Positions 28,485-40,023 are shown, counted from the first letter of the stretch. The stretch: DNA of 64,000 nucleotides from Candidatus Marinacidobacterales bacterium (GCA_965226495.1 OZ245365.1:4256001-4320000), one strand, 5' to 3'. The notes: generated from the sequence alone by a model not told the origin. A program made the numbers and translations.

Positions 28485-30649
28485 TAAGATGACCCTGGGC
28501 CCGGGCCGGTCATGATCTCGGAAAGGTCCGCCACCCGCGTAAACAGAGCCTGAAGCGCATATAGCAGCGCCAGGCGGTTCTCCTTGAGACGCCGATCCGG
28601 TGCCATGACCAGGACTTTATCAAAAAAGGTGTCGACTTGCGGCCGGAGCCGGGAGAGCACTCGCAGCGCTTCCTCGTACTGACCGGCGGCGATGAGCGCG
28701 GACGCCCGAGGCTCGACCGCCTTGAACGACGACCAGAGCTCCCTCTCCGCCTCTTCCGCAAACGCGTCGGGAGAGACGGCGGGTAGCTTCTCGTCAGAGA
28801 GGATATTGCGCACTCTCTTGAAGGCAACGGAAAGGGCCTCGAAATCTTCTGAGCCGCGGAGCCCCGCTACCGCGGCCAGCCGGCGCTTGAGGTCCGCCAC
28901 CGGAAGATCGAGAGCCCCCACGGCGAACACCGCACTGATCTCGTCGAAACGAAAGTCGCGGCTGAACACGTAACGGAGTCGATCCTTGAGAAACTCGCCG
29001 AGAAGTTCTACCGCCTTCGGGTCCACCGCATCGCCGAGTTGCTTCTTCACGATGTTGAAGGCTTCATCCAGCAGCTGCCGGAGGGTGACGCCGAGCTTCA
29101 ACCCGACTCGTTCCTCCCCTTCTAGCAGCATGCGAATGACACCCAACGCTTGTCGGCGGAGCGCGAACGGGTCCCTCGAACCGGTTGGGATGACCCCAGC
29201 AGAGAACATTCCGGCCAGACTGTCGAGCTTGTCCGCTAATGACAAGACGGTGCCGGTGGCGTTGGCGGGGAAATCGGAACGGCCTTCGAGAGTCAGAGGT
29301 TGATAGTGAGAGCCGATTGCCTCCGAGACTTCCCCGGGCTCCCCTTGCTCCCGAGCGTAAAGCCCGCCCATGATTCCTTGAAGCTCCGGAAACTCCCCCA
29401 CCATGTCGGTGACTAGATCACACTTGGCCAGGTGCGCGGCCCGCTCCGCGTGCTCTACGTGCTCAGCAGGCGAGCCGGCCTGCTTGGCGAGCCAGCTCGC
29501 CAAGGGAACGATACGTTCCACTTTGTCGCGGTAGCTCCCGAGCTTCTCGTGGAACAAGACCCCGCTCAGTTTATCGACCCGAGCTTCGAGTGGTCTCTTG
29601 AGGTCCTCGTTCCAAAAGAACTGAGCATCCCGCAACCGGGCTACCACCACCCGCTCACTGCCCTTGCGGATGTATCCTTTTCGATCCGACGGCATGTTGG
29701 TGATGGCGATGAAGGCGGGAACTTTCCTTAGTGGAATGTACTTCTGATGGTGAATGAGAACGGTGTACCTCACGGCCTCCGGAAGGGCGGTGAACTCCTT
29801 AGGGTACTTTCCGAGAACGGCTCCCGGCCATTCGACGAGATCGGCGAGTACTCTCGTCGTCAACGCCCCCAAGTCCAAAACCCTCTTGGCGCCCGACTTC
29901 TTCTCAAGCTTGCCGATCTCCTTCTCGAGGCGTTTTTCTCGATCGACGGGATCGAGCAGAACGAAATATTTCTTTAGTCGCTGGTTGAGATCGCGAAACG
30001 AGCTCACCGCGAAGGGCGCGTTGGGCTTCTTGCCTTGAGGCGCTAGAAAGCGATGCCCGCGCGTCTTGTTCCCCGCTCGCACGCTGCCGTTCCCCAGTGC
30101 CCGGATCTCGAATGGCACCACCTTTTTTCCAAGGAGACACACCATCCAACGAATGGGTCTTCCAAAAGGGAAAGCACCTCGCCCGTCGGCGATCTCCGCG
30201 TCCCAGTTCATGAACTTGGGGAAACTCAGGTTCCGGAGCGTCTCCGCCATGATGGAAGGGAGAAGCTTGACCGTCTGCTTTCCTTTCACCTCTCGAACGA
30301 AGCCGACGTATTCCCCCTTCTTCGTCTTCAAGAGCTTGAGCTTACTTGGCTGCAGCTGGTTCTTTCGGGCGAAGCCAAGAGCCGCCTTACTCCATTCACC
30401 GCTTTCGGTCCTGGCGATGGAAGCGGGTGGCCCGGTGACTTCTTCCCGGCGGTCGGCCTGTTTCTCTGCGAGCTTCGGTACGTGTACGACCAAGCGCCGG
30501 GGTGTCCCATACACTTCGACCTCGGCGCCGAACCCATGCTGCTCCAGCTGCTTTTGGAAATCTTTACTGAGCTGCCGAATGGTGCCCGGCAGCCAACCGG
30601 CAGGGAATTCCTCGCAGCCAATCTCCCAAAGGAAGGGGACGGTTTTCAT
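28484..30649 (-). CDS. glyS: Glycine-tRNA ligase beta subunit
   Basis: [45 protein letters not shown]. Confidence 0.95.
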   Translation of the reverse strand: MKTVPFLWEIGCEEFPAGWLPGTIRQLSKDFQKQLEQHGFGAEVEVYGTPRRLVVHVPKLAEKQADRREEVTGPPASIARTESGEWSKAALGFARKNQLQPSKLKLLKTKKGEYVGFVREVKGKQTVKLLPSIMAETLRNLSFPKFMNWDAEIADGRGAFPFGRPIRWMVCLLGKKVVPFEIRALGNGSVRAGNKTRGHRFLAPQGKKPNAPFAVSSFRDLNQRLKKYFVLLDPVDREKRLEKEIGKLEKKSGAKRVLDLGALTTRVLADLVEWPGAVLGKYPKEFTALPEAVRYTVLIHHQKYIPLRKVPAFIAITNMPSDRKGYIRKGSERVVVARLRDAQFFWNEDLKRPLEARVDKLSGVLFHEKLGSYRDKVERIVPLASWLAKQAGSPAEHVEHAERAAHLAKCDLVTDMVGEFPELQGIMGGLYAREQGEPGEVSEAIGSHYQPLTLEGRSDFPANATGTVLSLADKLDSLAGMFSAGVIPTGSRDPFALRRQALGVIRMLLEGEERVGLKLGVTLRQLLDEAFNIVKKQLGDAVDPKAVELLGEFLKDRLRYVFSRDFRFDEISAVFAVGALDLPVADLKRRLAAVAGLRGSEDFEALSVAFKRVRNILSDEKLPAVSPDAFAEEAERELWSSFKAVEPRASALIAAGQYEEALRVLSRLRPQVDTFFDKVLVMAPDRRLKENRLALLYALQALFTRVADLSEIMTGPGPGSS

Positions 30650-31527
30650 AAGGCTGCTTGATCGGGGATGGCGACGCTTGGGGCGGGCGAAGTGGCATCG
30701 ACGTACACTTGGGCGACTCGACAGGCCAGGTCGCGCACCTTGAGGATGTGCGCGGTTCTTTCGTTGACCGATAATGCACCGCGGGCATCCAATGTATTAA
30801 AGATGTGCGAGCACTTGAGAACTGTCTCGTATGCGGCCAAGTAAAGCCCCTCACTCAATAAGCGTTCACCCTCGAGGCGGTACTCCTCGAAGTGCCGTCG
30901 AAATAGCTCGACGTTCGCCGCTTCGAAGCTAAAGCGAGAGCCTTCGAACTCGTCGCGATGCCTTACTTGGCGATACGTTACACCAGGAGCCCATTCGAGA
31001 TCGTAGACGTCGTCGACACCCTGGAGATGCATGTCGAGCCGTTCGAGTCCGTACGTGATCTCGACCGAAATAGGTGCCAGCTCGATCCCGCCGGCTTGTT
31101 GGAAATACGTAAATTGAGAGATCTCCAAGCCGTCGAGCAGAACCTGCCACCCGATACCCCAAGCTCCCAGTGTCGGCGACTCCCAGTTGTCCTCCTCGAA
31201 ACGAATGTCGTGGAGGCGAGGATCGATGCCGCAGACCTTGAGGCTTTCCAAGTACACGTCCTGAATATCGGCGGGTGCCGGCTTCAAGATGAGCTGCAGC
31301 TGATAGTGCTTATAGAGACGGTTGGGATTCTCTCCGTAGCGCCCATCGGCCGGCCGGCGAGAGGGCTGAACGTAGACGACGCGCCAGGGGTCGGGGCCCA
31401 AGACCCGAAAGAAGGTCTCCGGGTGCATCGTTCCGGCGCCCATCTCTTGATCGTAGGGTTGATGCACCACAACTCCACGCTCTGCCCAAAAGCGCGACAG
31501 CGAGAGGACGAGATCCTGGAATCTCAC
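30646..31527 (-). CDS. glyQ: Glycine-tRNA ligase alpha subunit
   Basis: [34 protein letters not shown]. Confidence 0.97.
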   Translation of the reverse strand: MRFQDLVLSLSRFWAERGVVVHQPYDQEMGAGTMHPETFFRVLGPDPWRVVYVQPSRRPADGRYGENPNRLYKHYQLQLILKPAPADIQDVYLESLKVCGIDPRLHDIRFEEDNWESPTLGAWGIGWQVLLDGLEISQFTYFQQAGGIELAPISVEITYGLERLDMHLQGVDDVYDLEWAPGVTYRQVRHRDEFEGSRFSFEAANVELFRRHFEEYRLEGERLLSEGLYLAAYETVLKCSHIFNTLDARGALSVNERTAHILKVRDLACRVAQVYVDATSPAPSVAIPDQAAL

Positions 31528-32297
31528 GTTCTCTTCTCCAGACGCAGCATATCCTCGAGTACCTGCATGGCGTTCGGCTCTCTGTCGAGCTGCTGCCCGA
31601 TCACCCTACGATTCAGCTTCGCTATCTCATCCAAGACTTGCTCTGCTTCCTGTGCGGGCGGAGCGGGAAGCTCTCCGGGCGGTCGATGCCAGATCTGCTC
31701 GAGATAGCGAAGCGAGGCGGGCGACAGCGAGACGCCATTCCGCGCTCGGCGACCACAGCGAGTACATTGGAGATGGTGCTCATCGATTACGTAGTGCGCG
31801 CCTTCTTGGATGAGCTTCGCCCCGCAAACCGAGCAGGTCTCCCCGGTCGGGAAAAACCCTCCCAGCCTCAGCACCCAAGCCTCGAAGTAGCGCGCGAGAC
31901 GCCTCGGATCGGAGTCGCTGGTGAGCGCGGCAGCCGCCGCCTTCATCAGACGGTACAACTTGGCGTTCGGTTCCCGATCGGGTGCGAACGAATCGACCAA
32001 GTCCGCGAAATAGGCCAGTGTGCACGCGTGGAGTGGATCTCCTGCATGGGAAAAACCGGAATGGATTATATCACAACGATCGACACTCACTACCTCACGA
32101 CTCTCCTTCTCGAAGAACGTGAGCTCGATCTCGGTTCCAACCTCTAGACTTCCACCAAATTTCGAGCGAGGTCGCCGCGCGCCTTTGGCACGGCCCTGGA
32201 TCTTCCCATGCTGGCGGGTCAGGAAGACGACCAGTTTATCCGCCTCACCGACTCGATAGGTGCGAAGAACGAGCGCTTCGCTGTGACGAACGGGCAT
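31524..32297 (-). CDS. recO: DNA repair protein RecO
   Basis: [28 protein letters not shown]; CxxC...CxxC zinc finger; located upstream of glyQ. Confidence 0.93.
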   Translation of the reverse strand: MPVRHSEALVLRTYRVGEADKLVVFLTRQHGKIQGRAKGARRPRSKFGGSLEVGTEIELTFFEKESREVVSVDRCDIIHSGFSHAGDPLHACTLAYFADLVDSFAPDREPNAKLYRLMKAAAAALTSDSDPRRLARYFEAWVLRLGGFFPTGETCSVCGAKLIQEGAHYVIDEHHLQCTRCGRRARNGVSLSPASLRYLEQIWHRPPGELPAPPAQEAEQVLDEIAKLNRRVIGQQLDREPNAMQVLEDMLRLEKRT

Positions 32298-32304
32298 GAC
32301 TCGC

Positions 32305-33666
32305 TCAGACGAAGCGCCCGAGAAAGTACGCTCCAAACCCGAGGAAAAACAAGAATCCGAAGACATCCGTGGCGGTGGTGACGAAAACCGAGGATGCTAG
32401 GGCGGGATCCACGTTGAGCGCACGCAACGCCAGGGGAACGAGCGTTCCCATTACCGCCGCTACCAGAAGGTTTCCTACCATGGCCAGGCCGAGGACCAAA
32501 CCGAGCACCGGGCTGCCTTTCCAGAAGAAAGCGACCAAGGCCACCAGCACCCCGATCACGATTCCGTTGATGAGACCGACCAGCATCTCCTTGACCAGCG
32601 CCTTCCGGCTGTTCGACCAACTCAGCTCCCCCAGAGCCATCCCGCGAACCATGACGGTCAGCGTTTGGGTGCCAGCGTTGCCCCCCAGAAGCGGCACGAT
32701 GGGCATGAAGACGGCAAGGACGGCGAATTGCTGAATGGCGCCTTCGAAGAGACTCACTACGAGCGCAGCCAGGAAAGCCGTAGCCAGGTTGACCGCAAGC
32801 CATGGAATCCGCATCCGGACCGAGGTCCGGGGTGAACTGAACACTCTTTCATGGACGTCCAAGCCAGCTAAGCGATAAATGTCCTCGGTGGCCTCTTCTT
32901 TGATGACGTCGATGACATCATCAACGGTAATCAGCCCGACCAGCTTGTTTTCCTCGTCCACGACGGGCATGGCCAAGATGTTGTACGAATCGACGAGCCG
33001 GGCAACGTCTTCCTGGTCGGTGTCGGTCCGGACGCTGATGACGGCCGGGACCATGATGTCCTTGAGCCGCCTCTCGGGCCGCTTGAGCAAGAGCTGGCGC
33101 AGAGAGAGGACACCCACCAGGTGGTTCCTATCGTCCACCAGATATATATAGAAGGCCATCTCCACCTCACCCATAGTTTGGAGCCGGGTGATGGCCTCGC
33201 CTACCGTGGTGTCCTCGGGCAACGAGAACACGTTCGGGTTCATGATACGGCCGGCGGTCTGCTCTGGATGCTGGAGTAGGTCCTGAACTTCTGCGGCGTC
33301 TTTCTGCCGCATGGCACCGAGGATCTCCTCCCGGAGCTCCGCCGGGAGATAGCCTACGAACTCTGCCGCATCGTCCGGATCCAGCTCCTGGAGAAGCTTC
33401 GAGATCTCCTCGGGCGACATGTCGAGCAGCAGCTCGGCACCGCGGTCGACGCCCAGCTCGGAAAGGGCTTCGCTGGCTAGACTGAGATCCCTTTGAACGA
33501 GAAGCTCGAAGGTAGACTTACGGAAATTTTCGTGAAGCTCGCCGAGGAGCTCAGCGATGTCCGAGGGGTGGAGCTTGCTCAGGATGTTGTAGGCGTTGGG
33601 TGTAGCACCACGCCCCACGAGCTTCCGGACCGTCTCGGCGAGTAGAGGGGTCTTGGTCAGAGGCAT
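32305..33666 (-). CDS. mgtE: Magnesium transporter MgtE
   Basis: TAGRIM, CBS pair, ITVDDVID, GGNAGTQ, DPALASS.FVTTATD. Confidence 0.95.
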   Translation of the reverse strand: MPLTKTPLLAETVRKLVGRGATPNAYNILSKLHPSDIAELLGELHENFRKSTFELLVQRDLSLASEALSELGVDRGAELLLDMSPEEISKLLQELDPDDAAEFVGYLPAELREEILGAMRQKDAAEVQDLLQHPEQTAGRIMNPNVFSLPEDTTVGEAITRLQTMGEVEMAFYIYLVDDRNHLVGVLSLRQLLLKRPERRLKDIMVPAVISVRTDTDQEDVARLVDSYNILAMPVVDEENKLVGLITVDDVIDVIKEEATEDIYRLAGLDVHERVFSSPRTSVRMRIPWLAVNLATAFLAALVVSLFEGAIQQFAVLAVFMPIVPLLGGNAGTQTLTVMVRGMALGELSWSNSRKALVKEMLVGLINGIVIGVLVALVAFFWKGSPVLGLVLGLAMVGNLLVAAVMGTLVPLALRALNVDPALASSVFVTTATDVFGFLFFLGFGAYFLGRFV

Positions 33667-33817
33667 CGATACAACCCGATGGGAGGCATTCAGACATGAG
33701 CGCGCCAGTTTACCATACAGGGTAGGGCTTGGCCAACTTTGGTGGCCCCTATGCCGCTCTTCTTGTATGATGAAATCACTCTTCCGACAATTCTTGTTTC
33801 CCGGTAACGGAGTAACC

Positions 33818-34822
33818 GTGATCGATTCCTGGCGCAAGCAGCTCGACTCCCCGTGGCTCGGCCCGATATTGGGCGTGCTAGCCGGTCTGACGTACGGACT
33901 CGTCGCCCGATTTGCCTTCTCGATCTCTGCGATCATGGGCGTCTGGGGAATCATGACCCTGGGCTTCATCTTCTGGCTCCCCATGGCTCTCGGCGCATTG
34001 ACTGTTTTCATCGCGCAGAGGAAAGCCGAGAGGACGTGGGTCGTTTCGATCTTCCTGCCCTGGGTACCGGCACTGCTAGGTATCGGGTCCGCCGTACTTT
34101 TGGGCTGGGAGGGAACGATTTGCGTCGTCATGGCGTTGCCGGTTTATCTGCTCATGGCCAGTCTGGGTGGATATCTCGTTTGGCTCGGAACACGCCACAT
34201 TCTCCCGTCGGCCCCCAACACCGTTCTGGTGGCAACGCTCGCCCTCTTGCCCTTCCTCTCCGCGCAAATTGAGCAGAACTTCGAGCTGCCCATTGCGCAC
34301 CGGCAGGTAGAGACCGAGATCCTGATCGAGGCCTCCCCGTCGAGTGTTTGGCAAAACATCATTCGGGTACCAGCCATCGAGGATAACGAGCAACGCACTC
34401 TCTCGTTTCATGTGCTGGGATTTCCTAAGCCCATCGAGGCCACTCTCAGCCACGAGGGAGTCGGAGGTATCCGACACGCGAGCTTCGAGGGTGGACTGGT
34501 CTTCGTCGAGACGATCACGGTGTGGGAGCCCGAGAGGGAGCTGGCCTTCGGGATTCAGGTCGATCCGGAGATGGTTCCCGCAACGACATTGGATGAGCAC
34601 GTGGTGGTCGGTGGGCCTTTCTTCGAGACGCTGGACGGCCGCTACCGCATCGAGCCCATGGAGGATGGCGGAGTCCTACTTCACCTGGAGAGTACGCACC
34701 GCCTATCTACACGCTTCAACTTCTACTCCCGCTGGTGGAGCGATCTAATAATGAGGGATATCCAGAACTACATTCTGGTGATCCTCAAGAAGCGGTGTGA
34801 GGAGCAGGAGCGAGGAATCTGA
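33818..34822 (+). CDS. Membrane protein with C-terminal SRPBCC domain
   Basis: About 5 TM helices (EGTICVVMALP), then VETEILIEASPSSVW...GFPKP...FVETITVWEP; RBS GGAG. Confidence 0.75.
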   Translation: MIDSWRKQLDSPWLGPILGVLAGLTYGLVARFAFSISAIMGVWGIMTLGFIFWLPMALGALTVFIAQRKAERTWVVSIFLPWVPALLGIGSAVLLGWEGTICVVMALPVYLLMASLGGYLVWLGTRHILPSAPNTVLVATLALLPFLSAQIEQNFELPIAHRQVETEILIEASPSSVWQNIIRVPAIEDNEQRTLSFHVLGFPKPIEATLSHEGVGGIRHASFEGGLVFVETITVWEPERELAFGIQVDPEMVPATTLDEHVVVGGPFFETLDGRYRIEPMEDGGVLLHLESTHRLSTRFNFYSRWWSDLIMRDIQNYILVILKKRCEEQERGI

Positions 34823-34832
34823 GTATTCACAA

Positions 34833-35138
34833 TTAAGCGCCCACCCGTTCGAGCGGTCGAACTTCGCGCTGAATCTTCGCCGATTTCTTTCTCTCGGTTT
34901 CCTCCAGGTCGTAGTCCATTTGGAGCCCAAGCCAGAAGCGGCTCGACGTCCCAAAGTAGCGCGACAACCGGAGGGCCGTATCCGGTGTCACCGAACGCTT
35001 CCCCAACACGATTTCGTTGATCCGCCTCGGTGGAACACTGATTTCCCTCGCTAGACGGTTCTGGCTAATCCCCAGGGGCTCAAGAAACTCCTCCAACAGC
35101 ACCTCACCAGGATGTACATTCGGCAACTTCTTCGCCAT
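34833..35138 (-). CDS. higA: HigA family antitoxin
   Basis: HPGEVLLEEFL.PLGISQ..LA...RRINEIV.GKR.VT.DTALRL...FWLGLQ..YDL. Confidence 0.93.
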   Translation of the reverse strand: MAKKLPNVHPGEVLLEEFLEPLGISQNRLAREISVPPRRINEIVLGKRSVTPDTALRLSRYFGTSSRFWLGLQMDYDLEETERKKSAKIQREVRPLERVGA

Positions 35139-35150
35139 ATTCAACCCCTA

Positions 35151-35180
35151 TTATCGATGATAGTCGACGATCTCGTCATA
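35151..35180 (-). pseudogene. higB: 3' remnant of the higB toxin gene
   Basis: Minus strand encodes EIVDYHR*, the typical HigB C-terminus, directly upstream of higA; the rest is absent. Confidence 0.65.
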
Positions 35181-35200
35181 TAACGTCAACCGTTACAAAA

Positions 35201-35253
35201 TCACTCGGTCCGGGCCGAGTCCTGAAGCAAGCGACTGGGCCCGGACGGAGTGA
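35201..35253. repeat. Long imperfect hairpin
   Basis: TCACTC-G-GTCCGGGCC-G-AGTC...GACT-G-GGCCCGGAC-G-GAGTGA. Confidence 0.6.
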
Positions 35254-35498
35254 CTCGCCACGATGCCCTAGAACGTCACCCCCCAGACCGCCGTCTGGCT
35301 CGCTTCAGACTGGCAACTCCGTTGAATAACGGCCGAAACTGGGCGGGTAGCGGCGCGTCCGGACAAGTTACGCCCACAGCACTCTAGAAACCCGTACTTC
35401 TACGGATAGACCTGACCCTCGCGATCGAGTAAAAGAAGCCACGGTCGGGGACCGGCCATGGCAACCCCGTGACCGACAACCCAAAGAAAGAGAACCAA

Positions 35499-36948
35499 AT
35501 GAGGAAGAGGCTCTTTGTTAGATCTATTTTGGTTGCGGTGCTATGCGTCGGGGGCGTGGGTTTTGACCGGACACCCGCAGCAACCCGAAGTTCCCGAGCC
35601 TCCCGAGATCGAGGGTTTCGATTTCGAGAAAGATCCCGACATGTTTAAAGCCGTCGCCACCGGCGGCGTGCCGATGGGTCGTTGGAAGGAAGGTCTGCTT
35701 TTCGACGGCATCGAGCCCATGCCGTGGCTCGCCAGTGCCGCCAACTGGTTTCCCGGCACCGAAGAGGTACAACCCGAGGAGATCCGCGTGACCTTCATGG
35801 GTACCGCGCCGATGATCCGACCCGGCCAGATGAACACCTCGGTTTTTGTCGAACTGGGTAATGGCGACAGCTTGATCTTCGACATCGGCGAGGGCTCGGT
35901 CCCCAACTACATCGCCGCCGGCATTCCCCTCAACAAGATCAACGACATCTTCATCACCCACTTGCATGTCGACCACTTCGGATCGCTTCCGTACGTCTAT
36001 GCGTTCGGAGCCTGGTCCGGGCGATGGCACGAGCCACTGCGCGTGTACGGCGCGTCAGGGCGAGGTCCGGAGGACGGGATCTCCCACATGATCAAGGGCA
36101 TGAAGATGATGATGAAGTGGCACATCGACGCCTTCAGCGTCTTTCCGATCAGCGAAGGCTGGGATATCGAAGTCAACGAGTTCGACTTCCAAGACGACGG
36201 TGGCGTCATCTACGACAAGAACGGCGCCAAAGTCACGCATTGGCGACGTTCGCATGCCAAGGACGGCGCCTCCGGCTATCGACTCGACTGGAACGACATG
36301 TGCGTCGTTTGGACCGGCGACGGCCGCCCCTCGGAGCTCGACATCAAGTACGCCAAAGGCTGCGATCTCTACATTACCGAGACCCAGGCTGAGTTGATGT
36401 CGATCAGCTCGGGCGTGGCAGGCGTTCCGCCATTCGTCGGTCGCTACACGATCGACACCCACCATACGCCGACCTATGCGCTGGGCTATTTGTGCAACAA
36501 GATTCAACCTCGACTCTGCATGAGCACCCACATGCAGCACGATCCCTACCAGGACGCCGAGGTCATCGCCGAGGTCCGGGAACACTGGGATGGACCCTAC
36601 CATCCGGGAGCTCCGGACATGGTGGTCGTCAACATGACCAAAGACAAAATTTGGGCGCGCGACGGGGTCATTGCCGACTATCCCAACAACAAGGCACCGA
36701 ATGCCGACCTCGCGATCGAGAGGTTCGGTGGCCTCATCGTGCCGAAACCGCAGTACTCGAGAGCAGACCTTCAGGAGCAGTTCATCCGCGATGCCCAGAT
36801 CGATCCGAAGCTGTACTATCCCGAGGGCTATATGCCTCACCTGATGGAGGAGTGGCCGACCGACAAGGACCTGTACCTTCCGGAGCCACTCGTTCCCGAT
36901 TCGATGAAACCGCAAACGCTGAAGAAGAGGAGGGCGGAGAGTCAGTAG
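35499..36948 (+). CDS. RNase Z/AtsA-like MBL-fold hydrolase; signal peptide in a different frame (probable frameshift ~35575)
   Basis: VTFMGT, FDIGEG, ITHLHVDH, WTGDG, HHTP. ATG 35499 reads MRKRLFVRSILVAVLCVGGVG out of frame with the body. Confidence 0.8.
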
Positions 36949-37041
36949 CTCGCAGCCGGACGGGTCACCGAGAATCAATTTCCTATTCGACGATACGGCC
37001 CGTTCGGCTAATCATTTGCGACATAAGGGAAGGAAGAAACG

Positions 37042-38481
37042 ATGCACGCATCCACAGCTCAGCCAAGTTGGTCGGTGAGCAGCATGACGGCGTGGTGTGC
37101 GCTAGTGTTGCTCTCGTCAGTAACGACAGCGGGCGTTGGGACGGCTCAACCTGCCAAACCCAACATCGTCTACATCTTGGTCGACAATTGGGGATGGGGA
37201 GATATCCGGATCCAGGGTGGATCGGTGCCAACTCCCCGAATCGACGAGCTGGCGGGCGAAGGCCTGCGCATGACCAACTTCAACGTTGAAAGCCAGTGCG
37301 TCCCGACACGCTCGGCGATCATGACCGGGCGGCTGCCGATTCGCTCGGGAACCCAAAGCGTGACGTACGGGCTTCCCTACGGTATGGCGCCGTGGGAGGT
37401 CACCCTGCCGGAGCTACTCTCGGACGCCGGTTACTCCACCGCGGCGTTCGGCAAGTGGCACCTTGGCGACATCGAGGGCCGTCTGCCGACCGACCAGGGG
37501 TTCGACGTCTGGTTCGGTATCAAGAACACGACCGACGAGGCCGGCTACTCATCGACGCCGCAATACGATCCCGCAGTGGTCCCGCCGCCCTACATTTGGG
37601 AAGCAGTCAAAGGTCAACCCGCTGAGAAGGTACGGCCCTTGGATCTCGATACTCGCAAGACCCTCGATCGTGAGATCGTCGTGCGGTCCGAGGCCTTCAT
37701 CGCCGAGCAGGCGCGCGGCGCCAAGCCGTTCTTCCTGTACACGTCGCTGACCCAGATCCACCCCCCACTCGGCCATCATCCGGATTTCGACAACGCCTCG
37801 CGGGTCGGCATCTATGGGGATATCATCATGGAAGTGGATTACAACGTGGGGCGGATCTTGGATGCGCTCGAGGAAGCGGGCGTAGCAGCCAACACCATCG
37901 TGATCCTCTCCGGGGACAACGGCGCCGTGACCGACGGGATCGGCGGTGGGTCGACCGGACCCTGGCGCGGCGGCTTCACCGGCTACGAAGGTGGGCTGCG
38001 GACGGTCGGCATGATCCGCTGGCCGGCCCAAATCGAGCCCGGCCGTGTTTCGGATGAGATCTTCGCTGCGCTCGACTGGATGCCAACGCTCGCTCACTTG
38101 ATTGGCGAGGAAGCTCGGATTCCAGACGATCGTCCGATCGACGGGATCAATCAGGCCGACTTCATCCTCGGTAAGCAGCAACACTCTAACCGAGAGCACG
38201 TCCTGTGCTACATCGGATCGGATCTCGTCTCCGTCAAATGGCGGAGCTTCAAGATCCACCTGAAGACCTACGAGAGCCTCTGGGCCCCGGCACAGGAGTA
38301 TCAGTTCCCGCCGGTGTACGACGTGGCCAACGATCCGGGAGAGGCGAACAATCTGATGAAGTTTTCGCTTTTCTCCCACTCTTGGGTCTACGGCCCGATG
38401 GGTAGAATTCTGGGTGAGAAGGCGAGGAGTATGGCCGAGTACCCGAACATCAAGCCGGGCGAGGAGTTCGACGGGTACTAG
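37042..38481 (+). CDS. Exported arylsulfatase (Cys-type)
   Basis: PNIVYILVDNWG, CVPTRSAIMTGR, GKWHLG, SGDNG. Confidence 0.93.
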   Translation: MHASTAQPSWSVSSMTAWCALVLLSSVTTAGVGTAQPAKPNIVYILVDNWGWGDIRIQGGSVPTPRIDELAGEGLRMTNFNVESQCVPTRSAIMTGRLPIRSGTQSVTYGLPYGMAPWEVTLPELLSDAGYSTAAFGKWHLGDIEGRLPTDQGFDVWFGIKNTTDEAGYSSTPQYDPAVVPPPYIWEAVKGQPAEKVRPLDLDTRKTLDREIVVRSEAFIAEQARGAKPFFLYTSLTQIHPPLGHHPDFDNASRVGIYGDIIMEVDYNVGRILDALEEAGVAANTIVILSGDNGAVTDGIGGGSTGPWRGGFTGYEGGLRTVGMIRWPAQIEPGRVSDEIFAALDWMPTLAHLIGEEARIPDDRPIDGINQADFILGKQQHSNREHVLCYIGSDLVSVKWRSFKIHLKTYESLWAPAQEYQFPPVYDVANDPGEANNLMKFSLFSHSWVYGPMGRILGEKARSMAEYPNIKPGEEFDGY

Positions 38482-38554
38482 GACACTCCCGGGGCGCCGA
38501 CTTATCGATCACCAGGTTCGGAGGCATGCTGGTCCCGGAACCTCCATACTGGCA

Positions 38555-38604
38555 AAGGGGGCTGCGGCGTTAGGACGCGTCGCGTGTCCGACGCCAGCTC
38601 CCTT
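38555..38604. repeat. Long GC hairpin
   Basis: AAGGGGGCT..GGCGTT.GGACGCG / CGTGTCC.GACGCC.AGCTCCCTT. Confidence 0.55.
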
Positions 38605-38681
38605 CGGCCCCCCCCAACCCTTCCTCGAACTAGTGGAGTGTGGTGGCCTGCGATGCGGCAGCGAAACAAACTCGCAAAAAC

Positions 38682-38894
38682 ACTTGACAGGTTTTGCCAG
38701 GCCATTTTGGAAAACGACTAGCCACTAACGTAGATACCTTCCGGAAACCGGAAGCTCCCCTCTCCCGTCCTGTCTCAATGATTGACTTCTTTCTTTTGTC
38801 TCTACGCGTTTGCTTCCGTCTGACGCCGGATGAGACCGCATAAATACTCGTTGCTATATTGTGAGAAGGACTATCGAAAGAGGGGGCAACGGCC
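38682..38894 (+). repeat. Conserved leader of the HNH-like gene, copy 2
   Basis: Collinear with 18907-19120. Confidence 0.75.
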
Positions 38895-39995
38895 ATGATC
38901 GACAGATTAAGAAAATACTTCGAGACACTTGAAGGTCTCTCAACCGAAGAGCTCGACCACTCGGCCGAAAGACTGGTCCGCGCCGAGAAACGAAACGTGG
39001 CGCTCGTCATCGCTCACATCGCGGAGATGTCGAGAAGAAAGGGCCATCTCGAGCGCGGCTACCAGAATCTGTTCGACTATTGCACTACGCGCCTGAAGCT
39101 GAGCGAAGGCTCGGTCGCGCGGCGGATTCAGGTGGCCAACGTCGCAGTGCGTTTCCCTCAGATACTCGTTGCGTTGGCTGAAAACCGGGTGAGCCTCACC
39201 GTCGCCGGTCTCCTCGCGCCCGTCCTCAAAGACAACAACGTGGACAAGCTTATCAGCGATTGCACCGGAATGACCAAACGCGAAGCCGAGGAGCACCTCG
39301 TCGCGCTCCGGCCAAAGCCCGTCTTTGCGGCCTCGATTCGCAAGACACCTTCTCGGCCGGACAAAGCTCCGGTGGTCCAGGAGACTACCGGCCCGTGGCA
39401 CGCTCCCCAAGTGTCGCCGAGTATCCTCGAGCCGGCGAGGCCGGAGCTCTTCAATTTCCGCTTCTCGGCCGACCGGAAGTTCAAAGAGAAGTTCGAGCGT
39501 CTAGCGGAAGTCCTCGGGGTCGGGAACCCCTCGCAACACATGGCCGAGATCATGGAGCAAGCTCTGGACATCGCGCTAGACAAAAAGGATGTGAAGAGAA
39601 AGCGAGCACGACGGCTCGAAAGAGAGGCAAGGGGAACTGCCGGGTCTCCCAAAGAAAAACCTTGCCCGGGCGAGGTTTTCGCGAAATCCCGCTACATCCC
39701 TTCAGAGGTTCGCGAGCACGTCCACGAGAGGGCTGGTCATCAATGTGAATATGAAGGTCAGGACGGGACCCGGTGTCGTTCGCGAACCGGACTCCAAATC
39801 GAGCACCTGCGGCCCTTCGCTTTGTATCGCTGCCACGACGAGAGACTTCTCCAGCTTCTCTGCCCTCCGCACAATCGTTTGAGAGCTGAGCGGACCTTTG
39901 GTGCCGCGTTCATCCAAGGGAAGATCGAGGCCTCTCGGCGGAGGCGCTCGCCGAGACCTCAGGCTCCCTTGGACACTTTGCCTTTGCCCGAATAG
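38895..39995 (+). CDS. Helical N-terminal (DUF222-like) plus Zn-finger/HNH-like protein, copy 2
   Basis: Close paralog of 19121-20215, with long identical peptides such as LVRAEKRNVAL, LSEGSVARRIQVANV and FKEKFERLAEVLGV. Confidence 0.85.
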   Translation: MIDRLRKYFETLEGLSTEELDHSAERLVRAEKRNVALVIAHIAEMSRRKGHLERGYQNLFDYCTTRLKLSEGSVARRIQVANVAVRFPQILVALAENRVSLTVAGLLAPVLKDNNVDKLISDCTGMTKREAEEHLVALRPKPVFAASIRKTPSRPDKAPVVQETTGPWHAPQVSPSILEPARPELFNFRFSADRKFKEKFERLAEVLGVGNPSQHMAEIMEQALDIALDKKDVKRKRARRLEREARGTAGSPKEKPCPGEVFAKSRYIPSEVREHVHERAGHQCEYEGQDGTRCRSRTGLQIEHLRPFALYRCHDERLLQLLCPPHNRLRAERTFGAAFIQGKIEASRRRRSPRPQAPLDTLPLPE

Positions 39996-40023
39996 CACCG
40001 GTGTTCCGGACCCCTCCCCCGGC

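Noticed and set aside
33596-34131. Apparent long bidirectional overlap of mgtE and the SRPBCC ORF
   Set aside because: Artefact of longest-ORF starts; the probable starts 33666 and 33818 do not overlap.
36055-38379. Long antisense ORFs (e.g. 36055-36978, 37549-38379, and many others in the track)
   Set aside because: Typical shadows of GC-rich coding strands with no recognisable motifs.
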